Source of the DNA: Tubulanus polymorphus
Lineage: Eukaryota; Animalia; Nemertea
Direction: 5' to 3'
Length of the DNA: 64,000 nt
NCBI RefSeq assembly: GCF_964204645.1
Contig: NC_134035.1
Span: 13,052,451-13,116,450 of the forward strand
Numbering within the stretch: position 1 is the first letter of the stretch; each line of letters starts with the position of its first letter. Under the pieces are notes generated by a model. That model saw only the letters and a list, made by a program, of their open reading frames with translations. It ran no database searches and was not told the DNA's origin. Shown in pieces: positions 40,316 to 50,935 of the stretch. The position numbers were made by a program, and so were the translations under genes.

Positions 40316-41512
40316 TTATTCATTCTCCTCTGATCTCAATCTCGCGTTCGGATTCGTCACTTTAATGTTTAATTGTTGAGCTCGTTCGACAAGAGTTTTA
40401 CGTTTTTTCGCGGAGACGGTTCCCGCGATTTCAGCGGAGAATGTTCGATTCTGCATCATCAAAACCTCGAGATCCTGTAATTATACAAATTAAAACCCAT
40501 CAATTAATTAAATGCACACATTCAATGATGGAACGTGTGTCTATCACTTATAGCACAATATCTGCAGCTCCTGGACCAAGTTCAGACTTTTGAAGAAACT
40601 AAATGAGTTTATTTCAAATGTTTCGACTTCTTCTGAACTAAAAAATAATAGAACTGAGTCCAGAACCCAGTTCCATTGTTCTGGATCTAGTTCCACTGTT
40701 ATGAGTCCAGAACTGCAGAACCTGGTCCAGAATTGTGGAACTAGATTCATAACAGGTAGAACTAAGTTCAGAAGTGTGGAACCGCATTCAGAAGTGTGGA
40801 ACCGAATTCAGAATAGTGGAACTGTATTCATAACAGGTAGAACTGAGTCCAGAACTGTGGAACCGCATTCAGAAGTGTGGAACTGAATTCAAAATAGTGG
40901 AACTGGATTCATAACAGGTAGAACTGGGTTCAGAAGGGTGGAACCGAATTCAGAAGTGTGGAACCAAATTCAAAATAGTGGAACTGGATTCATAACAGGT
41001 AGAACTGGGTTCAGAAGGGTGGAACCGAATTCAAAATAGTGGAACTGGATTCATAACAGGTAGAACTGGGTTCAGAAGGGTGGAACCGAATTCAGAAGTG
41101 TGGAACCGAATTCAAAATAGTGGAACTGGATTCATAACAGGTAGAACTGGGTTCAGAAGGGTGGAACAGAATTCAAAATAGTGGAACTGGATTCATAACA
41201 GGTAGAACTGGGTTCAGAAGGGTGGAACCGAATTCAGAAGTGTGGAACCGAATTCAAAATAGTGGAACTGGATTCATAACAGGTAGAACTGGGTTCAGAA
41301 GGGTGGAACCGAATTCAGAAGTGTGGAACCGAATTCAAAATAGTGGAACTGAATTCATAACGGTGGAACTGGGTTCAGAAGTGTGGAACCGAATTCAGAA
41401 CAGGGTTCAGAATGGTGCTCAGAGCTGCATTCAAAACTGTGGAATTGGGTTCAGTTCGCGCTGGTATCAATGAATACTTACTCTGATGTTGAAGACTCGG
41501 AATTTCTTGAAT
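40316..41512 (-). pseudogene. RPL32: RPL32 partial duplicate 1 (last 31 nt of the penultimate exon, last intron, complete last exon)
   Basis: Last exon 40474-40316 encodes [10 protein letters not shown]...RLRSEENE*. Exon fragment 41512-41482 has an intact GTAAGT donor. Confidence 0.9.
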
Positions 41513-43323
41513 GAGATTTGTGTTTCTCTAGTAAAAATCATTGTTTTTAATTTCTTCATGCTTTCGGTAAATGTAGCCGATGACCTCCTGATCGTCTCTA
41601 AGGTTCGAACCCAGTAATTACTGATACTGGTTCAGAGTGGTCCTGATGCTGAATAGAGGATGCACAGGGGTGTCCCGGGTTCGAATCCAGTAATTACTGA
41701 TACTGATTCAGAGTGGTACTGATGCTGAGTAGAGGATGAACAGGGCTGTCCCGCGTTCAAACCCAGTAATTGCTGATACTGATTCAGAGTGGTCGTGATG
41801 GATAAAAGATGAACAGGGGTGTCCCAGGTTCGAACCCAGTAATCAATGATACTGGTTCAGAGTGGTACTGATGCTGAATAGAGGATGTACAGGGGTGTCC
41901 CAGGTTTAAACCCAGTAATTACTGATACTGATTCAGAGTTGTCCTGATGTTGAATAAAGGATGTACAGGGGTGTCCAGACCGTACAGTGCTGCCGCTATG
42001 CTCATCGTTAGCGGGATTTTCATACACTAACTAAAGTCAGCTCTGGCAATCGACGTGCTGTACAGTTATACTCCGTGACCTTAGCTTGCCAGAGTTGACT
42101 AACGTTAGTGTATAAAAATCCCGCTAACGATGAGCGTAGAGACAGCACCGTACGGTAAAATGTTGATATCTTAACAAAAGTAATAACTGATAACAGATTC
42201 AGGACACCCCTGTACATCCTCTATAAATTCAGCATCACGACCACTCTGAATCAGCATCAGTAATTACTTGGTTCGAACCCAGGACACCCCTGTACATCCT
42301 CCATTCAGCATCAGGACCACTCTGAATCAGTATCAGTAATTACTGGGTTTGAACCTGGGACACCCCTGTACATTCTCTATTCAGCATCAGAACCACTCTG
42401 AATCAGTATCAGCAATTACTGGGTTTGAACGAGTGGCCCTGATGCTTAATGGAGGATGTACCGGGGTGTCCCGGGTTCGAACCCAGTAATTACTGATGCT
42501 GATTCAGAGTGGTCCTAATGCTGAATATATAGAGGATGTACAGGGGTGTCCTGATGGCGAATCCTTTCTAGTTTGACACCGTAACGTGGTACATGTATAT
42601 CGTTCTCATATTCGAGAAGCATGAATTGGTCAGTGGTGGTCAGTGATGGTCAATTTATGAATTCTCAATATTTATGGCGAATCCTTTCTAGTTTGACACC
42701 ATAACGCGGTATATAGTTTTCAAATTCAAGGAGTTTGAATTTGTCAGTGGTGGTCAGTGATGGTCAGTTTATAAAATTTGCAATGATTCTTCAGTAGTTT
42801 GAAAACAAACATGACTTGAAAAATTCCCGAAATTCGAAGTCAAGTGGTCAGACTCGGGGATATCTCAATTGGTCAGTCTCTGACCATCATGGTGTCACCA
42901 TTGTGGTCTATAGCTCAAATGAAACATGTGGAACCGACGAATGGGCCCAAAAGCGTAAGTCATTTCCCGAGTTATGTGATCCAAAAATGCCCTAACTGGA
43001 AAAGGCAGTCTCTCAATTGGACGAAACCAAATCGGACAGGACAATTAAAATTTGGGAAGGACACAGGCAGTGGTCTTTCTACGAAGCCCACGCGGTGAGC
43101 GTATTATTATGAAATCTTTTTTTAAACCACCATGTACCACGAAGTAATAAGCATCGTTGTAAGCACTTGAAACAGCCATTAACCACTTGAAACTGTCAGA
43201 TCAAACATCATACCGCATCCCCGCAAAGAGGGGTAGTTCAGCAAACCGGGGTTTTCATTGGCCTCTCTAGACTACCCCCCAGTACGGGTAGCCGAGAGCA
43301 AACCGGAAAACTCATAATGCTTG
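41513..43323. mobile_element. 1.8-kb non-coding composite element (second copy 45385-47193), possibly Helitron/Helentron-like
   Basis: Contains ~80-bp tandem units in both orientations, a nested MITE (41979-42157) and a terminal GC hairpin (CCCCGC-AAA-GCGGGG, perfect at 47090-47104) with a GCGGGGTAGT/ACTACCCCGC inverted pair. The family assignment is inference. Confidence 0.5.
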
Positions 43324-44187
43324 CCGTAGTAATGAAATAATGGTAGCCTGAGAGATGAATGAAATATCCTTGATGTAAATATATAATGATAGAATATGAT
43401 AGAAATGTAAAAATAATCATGATGTGAATGTTATAATGATAAGAAAACAATTTTCGTTATTGATGAGAATGTATAGAAATAATATTAATAATTATGTGAA
43501 TAATATTATTATGATAAGAAAATAATTTTTATTGTCTATTGAACTTGAAAAAAAATTAAAAGTTTCATCGTCATGTATAGAAATAATATTAAAAAATGAT
43601 TATGTTATTGATGAACATTATTGTCTTCATTTATTTTCGATTCGAGCTCCAGTCGGTTTCAGTCGGTATTTAGTAGGAGCCCTCAGAAGTAGGTGGCAGC
43701 ACCATACGGTCCCCTAGCGTGATTTATGCGAACTAATGCAATGCCACGATCTCTCAATCGACTGTAAATCCCATTTAAAATTCAAATACGATCGTAAGTA
43801 CGTATATTGGCTACTATTGATGAACAGGAGTTGACCTACTAGATAAGCGAACACTGGGTATACTAGTTCACAAAAGTGCCGCCAGGGAACCGTATGGTGC
43901 TGCCACCATCATACACCAAAATTAAATCTCATTTTTATTGCACACATGTTCGGGCGAGATTCCAGACAGTTGCAGCTCTAAATCTGCGTCGATCTATGAA
44001 TCCTCGATTTTTCTTTTGCGCCAAATAATACAAGAACCATCTTCAATTGCAAGGCCTCGTTTCCTACAAGGTGCTGAGCCACATAATAATTCCAAAAGAC
44101 CAACAAAACCATGACAACCAAATGACAAATAACACTTATAAATTCCGTAATATTTTTTCATTTATTTATTTCATTAGGATAAGAGTT

Positions 44188-45384
44188 TTATTCATTCTCC
44201 TCTGATCTCAATCTCGCGTTCGGATTCGTCACTTTAATGTTTAATTGTTGAGCTCGTTCGACAAGAGTTTTACGTTTTTTCGCGGAGACGGTTCCCGCGA
44301 TTTCAGCGGAGAATGTTCGATTCTGCATCATCAAAACCTCGAGATCCTGTAATTATACAAATTAAAACCCATCAATTAATTAAATGCACACATTCAATGA
44401 TGGAACGTGTGTCTATCACTTATAGCACAATATCTGCAGCTCCTGGACCAAGTTCAGACTTTTGAAGAAACTAAATGAGTTTATTTCAAATGTTTCGACT
44501 TCTTCTGAACTAAAAAATAATAGAACTGAGTCCAGAACCCAGTTCCATTGTTCTGGATCTAGTTCCACTGTTATGAGTCCAGAACTGCAGAACCTGGTCC
44601 AGAATTGTGGAACTAGATTCATAACAGGTAGAACTAAGTTCAGAAGTGTGGAACCGCATTCAGAAGTGTGGAACCGAATTCAGAATAGTGGAACTGTATT
44701 CATAACAGGTAGAACTGAGTCCAGAACTGTGGAACCGCATTCAGAAGTGTGGAACTGAATTCAAAATAGTGGAACTGGATTCATAACAGGTAGAACTGGG
44801 TTCAGAAGGGTGGAACCGAATTCAGAAGTGTGGAACCAAATTCAAAATAGTGGAACTGGATTCATAACAGGTAGAACTGGGTTCAGAAGGGTGGAACCGA
44901 ATTCAAAATAGTGGAACTGGATTCATAACAGGTAGAACTGGGTTCAGAAGGGTGGAACCGAATTCAGAAGTGTGGAACCGAATTCAAAATAGTGGAACTG
45001 GATTCATAACAGGTAGAACTGGGTTCAGAAGGGTGGAACAGAATTCAAAATAGTGGAACTGGATTCATAACAGGTAGAACTGGGTTCAGAAGGGTGGAAC
45101 CGAATTCAGAAGTGTGGAACCGAATTCAAAATAGTGGAACTGGATTCATAACAGGTAGAACTGGGTTCAGAAGGGTGGAACCGAATTCAGAAGTGTGGAA
45201 CCGAATTCAAAATAGTGGAACTGAATTCATAACGGTGGAACTGGGTTCAGAAGTGTGGAACCGAATTCAGAACAGGGTTCAGAATGGTGCTCAGAGCTGC
45301 ATTCAAAACTGTGGAATTGGGTTCAGTTCGCGCTGGTATCAATGAATACTTACTCTGATGTTGAAGACTCGGAATTTCTTGAAT
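44188..45384 (-). pseudogene. RPL32: RPL32 partial duplicate 2
   Basis: Last exon 44346-44188 and exon fragment 45384-45354; same structure as duplicate 1. Confidence 0.9.
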
Positions 45385-48052
45385 GAGATTTGTGTTTCTC
45401 TAGTAAAAATCATTGTTTTTAATTTCTTCATGCTTTCGGTAAATGTAGCCGATGACCTCCTGATCGTCTCTAAGGTTCGAACCCAGTAATTACTGATACT
45501 GGTTCAGAGTGGTCCTGATGCTGAATAGAGGATGCACAGGGGTGTCCCGGGTTCGAATCCAGTAATTACTGATACTGATTCAGAGTGGTACTGATGCTGA
45601 GTAGAGGATGAACAGGGCTGTCCCGCGTTCAAACCCAGTAATTGCTGATACTGATTCAGAGTGGTCGTGATGGATAAAAGATGAACAGGGGTGTCCCAGG
45701 TTCGAACCCAGTAATCAATGATACTGGTTCAGAGTGGTACTGATGCTGAATAGAGGATGTACAGGGGTGTCCCAGGTTTAAACCCAGTAATTACTGATAC
45801 TGATTCAGAGTTGTCCTGATGTTGAATAAAGGATGTACAGGGGTGTCCAGACCGTACAGTGCTGCCGCTATGCTCATCGTTAGCGGGATTTTCATACACT
45901 AACTAAAGTCAGCTCTGGCAATCGACGTGCTGTACAGTTATACTCCGTGACCTTAGCTTGCCAGAGTTGACTAACGTTAGTGTATAAAAATCCCGCTAAC
46001 GATGAGCGTAGAGACAGCACCGTACGGTAAAATGTTGATATCTTAACAAAAGTAATAACTGATAACAGATTCAGGACACCCCTGTACATCCTCTATAAAT
46101 TCAGCATCACGACCACTCTGAATCAGCATCAGTAATTACTTGGTTCGAACCCAGGACACCCCTGTACATCCTCCATTCAGCATCAGGACCACTCTGAATC
46201 AGTATCAGTAATTACTGGGTTTGAACCTGGGACACCCCTGTACATTCTCTATTCAGCATCAGAACCACTCTGAATCAGTATCAGCAATTACTGGGTTTGA
46301 ACGAGTGGCCCTGATGCTTAATGGAGGATGTACCGGGGTGTCCCGGGTTCGAACCCAGTAATTACTGATGCTGATTCAGAGTGGTCCTAATGCTGAATAT
46401 ATAGAGGATGTACAGGGGTGTCCTGATGGCGAATCCTTTCTAGTTTGACACCGTAACGTGGTACATGTATATCGTTCTCATATTCGAGAAGCATGAATTG
46501 GTCAGTGGTGGTCAGTGATGGTCAATTTATGAATTCTCAATATTTATGGCGAATCCTTTCTAGTTTGACACCATAACGCGGTATATAGTTTTAAAATTCA
46601 AGGAGTTTGAATTTGTCAGTGGTGGTCAGTGATGGTCAGTTTATGAATTTGCAATGATTCTTCAGTAGTTTGAAAACAAACATGACTTGAAAAATTTCCG
46701 AAATTCGAAGTCAAGTGGTCAGACTCGGGGATATCTCAATTGGTCAGTCTCTGACCATCATGGTGTCACCATTGTGGTCTATAGCTCAAATGAAACATGT
46801 GGAACCGACGAATGGGCCCAAAAGCGTAAGTCATTTCCTGAGTTATGTGATCCAAAAATGCCCTAACTGGAAAAGGCAGTCTCTCAATTGGACGAAACCA
46901 AATCGGACAGGACAATTAAAATTTGGGAAGGACACAGGCAGTGGTCTTTCTACGAAGCCCACGCGGTGAGCCTATTATTATGAAATCTTTTTTTAAACCA
47001 CCATGTACCACGAAGTAATAAGCATCGTTGTAAGCACTTGAAACAGCCATTAACCACTTGAAACTGTCAGATCAAACATCATACCGCATCCCCGCAAAGC
47101 GGGGTAGTTCAGCAAACCGGGGTTTTCATTGGCCTCTCTAGACTACCCCGCCAGTACGGGTAGCCGAGCAAATCGGAAAACTCATTATGCTTGAAATACA
47201 TGTAGTAATGAAATAATGGTAGCCTGAGAGATGAATGAAATATCCTTAATGTAAATATTTAATGATAGAATATGATAGAAATGTAAAAATAATCGTGATG
47301 TGAATGTTATAATGATAAGAAAACAATTTTCGTTATTGATGAGAATGTATAGAAATAATATTAATAATTATGTGAATAATATTATTATGATAAGAAAATA
47401 ATTTTTATTGTCTATTGAACTTGAAAAAAAATTAAAAGTTTCATCGGCATGTATAGAAATAATATTAAAAAATGATTATGTTATTGATGAACATTATTGT
47501 CTTCATTTATTTTCGATTGGAGCGCCAGTCAGTTTCAGTCGGTATTTAGTAGGAGCCCTCAGAAGTAGGTGGCAGCACCATACGGTCCTCTAGCGTGATT
47601 TATGCGAACTAATGCAATGCCACGATCTCTCAATCGACTGTAAATCCCATTTAAAATGCAAATACAATCGTAAGCACGTATATTGGCTACTATTGATGAA
47701 GAGGAGTTGACCTACTAGATAAGCGAACACTGGGTATACTAGTTCACAAAAGTGCCGCCAGGGAGCCGTATGGTGCTGCCACCATCATACACCAAAATTA
47801 AATCTCGTTTTTATTGCACACATGTTCGGGCGAGATTCCCGACAGTTGCAGCTCTAAATCTGCGTCGATCTATGAATCCTCGATTTTTTTTTTGCACCAA
47901 ATAATACAAGAACCATCTTCTATTGCAAGGCCTCGTTTCCTACAAGGTGCTGAGCCACAATAATTCCAAAAGACCAACAAAACCAAATGACAAACACCAC
48001 TTATAAATTCCGTAATATTTTTTCATTTATTTATTTTATTAGGATAAGAGTT

Positions 48053-49819
48053 TTATTCATTCTCCTCTGATCTCAATCTCGCGTTCGGATTCGTCACTTT
48101 AATGTTTAATTGTTGAGCTCGTTCGACAAGAGTTTTACGTTTTTTCGCGGAGACGGTTCCCGCGATTTCAGCGGAGAATGTTCGATTCTGCATCATCAAA
48201 ACCTCGAGATCCTGTAATTATACAAAATAAAACCAAACAATTAATTAAATGCACACATTCAATGATGGAAAGTGTACCTATCACTTATAGCACAATATCT
48301 GCAGCTCCTGGACCAAATTCAGACTTTTGAAGAAACTAAATGAGTTTATTTCAAATGTTTCGACTTCTTCTGAACTGAAAAATTGTAGAACTGAGTCCAG
48401 AACCCAGTTCCATTGTTCTGGATCTAGTTCCACTGTTATGAGTCCAGAACTGCAGAACCTGGTCCAGAATTGTGGAACTAGATTCATAACAGGTAGAACT
48501 GAGTCCAGAAGTGTGGAACCGCATTCAGAAGTGTGGAACTGAATTCAGAATAGTGGAACTGGATTCATAACAGGTAGAACTGAGTCCAGAACTGTGGAAC
48601 CGCATTCAGAAGTGTGGAACTGAATTCAAAATAGTGGAACTGGATTCATAACAGGTAGAACTGGGTTCAGAAGGGTGGAATCGAATTCAGAAGTGTGGAA
48701 CCGAATTCAAAATAGTGGAACTGGATTAATAACAGGTAGAACTGGATTCAGAAGGGTGGAACCGAATTCAGAAGTGTGGAACCGAATTCAAAATAGTGGA
48801 ACTGGATTCATAACAGATAGAACTGGGTTCAGGAGGGTGGATCCAAATTCAGAAGTGTGGAACCGAATTCAAAATAGTGGAACTGAATTCATAACGGTGG
48901 AACTGGGTTCAGAAGTGCGGAACCGAATTCAGAACAGGGTTCAGAGCTGCATTCAAAACTGTGGAATTGGGTTCAGTTCGCGCTGGTATCAATGAATACT
49001 TACTCTGATGTTGAAGACTCGGAATTTCTTGAATCCATCTGGACAAACGTATTTGGTTTTCTTGTTTGATCCGTACCCGATGTTGGGCATAAGATATTGA
49101 CCCTTGAACTTCCTGCGAACTCTGTTGTCAATACCTTTGGGTTTGCGCCAGTTTTGCTGCAATAGAAAAATGTGTTAAGCTAAAGATGACTTCCACCAAA
49201 CAACAGAATAATTCTTTCAGGGGTAATACAACACCACATAGTCTGACTGTAGGTTTTAGCAGAATCAATCTTTCACGAATGACAACTTTAAATATGTGCT
49301 TGTAGGCTAGGAAAATTGTCTCTAAGTAGAAGGATTGGCTGTTTAAGTTGTCAGAACGGTTCCTGATTTTCTAATTTCCATGTCAATATCGGGAAGATCG
49401 CAATTAACAGAAATTCTTTGACTTATTGTCAGAAAAGTTCTATGCATATGAGCAGTAAATATTCCTGCCATCCCCCGCCCTTTAGGCTTTAGTATCCAGG
49501 TCAATTTCAAGGCAAGTCAAAGATTTGCATCGGGCTCTTATTCAGCATCTCACTCAAACTCCATTCTCAACTCCCGGCCTTATTCCAGATCTCATTAATT
49601 CTCACATTACAGATCAAACAGCAAATAATGAATTTAATGAGCAAACTCGTGTTAAATCAAATGTGCAAAGTTTGAATTCTGAAATCTGCCAAACGACGTC
49701 AAGTCAAGCAAAATTAAGAAACCTACCTTCAATTTCTTATACCGGTCCGACTGATGACGAATGAACTTCTTCGTCCTCTTTTTGACGATCTTCACATTAC
49801 GTAGAGGTCTGACAACCAT
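48053..49819 (-). CDS. RPL32: 60S ribosomal protein L32 (eL32), 134 aa
   Basis: Coding exons 49819-49727 ([31 protein letters not shown]), 49156-49004 ([35 protein letters not shown]...) and 48211-48053 ([10 protein letters not shown]...SEENE*). GT-AG, all phase 0. Confidence 0.97.
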
Positions 49820-50060
49820 CTTGACGGTTTAGAACCTGCAATACACACAAAATACATGGTCATATGATTCGGAGTTTCGAGGCACAGAAAATGCTCGTAA
49901 CGTTATGTTAAATTCTTCAGTCTTTCAACGAATCGAAATTGTCAGCGAATACGCGATAAATCAGCAGAATGAATTTAAATATACAGATTAACTGCTGTTT
50001 GTGGGATTAATTAAGGATTGAGGAAGATGTTTGAAGATTTAAATAAATGTTTTTACACAC

Positions 50061-50100
50061 CTCAGATCGCAGTCAGAAATAATGGCCGAAAGACCGGAAG
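50061..50100 (-). promoter_or_regulatory. RPL32 TCT-type start and non-coding first exon
   Basis: Minus strand cttccggT-CTTTCggcc...gatctgag|gtgtgt: an ETS-like CTTCCGG, a pyrimidine TCT-like initiator at ~50092 and a donor at 50060. The acceptor lies before 49835. Confidence 0.7.
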
Positions 50101-50935
50101 TAGTTATCTAAACGAAATGAAGATTTATTTCTGAAATGGCGAAGGCGTAGATTATTTGTAAAAACTTCATTTCAAAATTGAAAATAAAATGATGCTCATT
50201 CATTGTTTTGTTTCTTAAAGCTTTTAAGTGATAATATATAAGATTTATTACTCCTACACTATACCGGCGGTTCAGTTTGATGTTTCGGTTTTAGTTCATT
50301 ATTGACTAATCAACAAGGACCTAAAATTTTCAAAGGTTTGTGTCGCATTTAAAACACTTTTACCTTCGAATTTACCCGAATCTAACTCAACACAATGAAT
50401 GTTGATTTTATAACGTCATTAGATAATGATTTAATTGCTATTAATTAGTGTTAATTTAGTCTAAAATCATTTGTAAAGTCCTGCATCTTATAAATTCAAC
50501 CATAAATTCATTGAGACTTTATTGACAACTCCTTTTTTGGTTGGGCGTAACCAGATTTCTAATCAAGTGGGAACCTACCTGTAAACCGGTGGCCCAGAAA
50601 AAAGAAGAAGGCTGATTTGAATGGTGGGTCTCGCTTGCGGCATTCCATGGGCTGCGTGTCGTGGACCTGGCTGGGACGGGTTGGGTGGGGCTTTTTTAGT
50701 TTTACCTAGTCGTTGTTGGTAAGCTGTAGCAAGTGGATGGGCCCCAACCAATTTGTAATTTGCGGCCTGTGAAAATATCTGACCGTCAAACTAAACCACA
50801 GACAGGTTACTGGCCGACAAGGAGTCTAGGGTGAGGGTAAAACTTAAATTTCCTCCCACCCCCCACTAGACTGCAGATGTACTAATCTGATCTCTGAATC
50901 ATTATTTGAACTAATTATCCGTTGTTTGATTACAG

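Larger units (their letters stand above)
39444..49034. repeat. 3.87-kb tandem segmental amplification (two full units plus the parental RPL32 3' segment)
   Basis: Matching ORF-track entries at 39660/43532/47408 (offsets 3872 and 3876). Units ~39444-43323 and ~43324-47193; parent ~47194-49034. Confidence 0.95.

Noticed and set aside
40590-48995. Repetitive ORFs ([17 protein letters not shown])
   Set aside because: They are antisense translations of the RPL32 intronic minisatellite.
49157-49726. Intronic snoRNA in RPL32 (vertebrate RPL32 hosts an H/ACA snoRNA)
   Set aside because: ANANNA and ACA motifs exist, but I could not build a convincing two-hairpin fold by eye. An Infernal/snoGPS search is needed.
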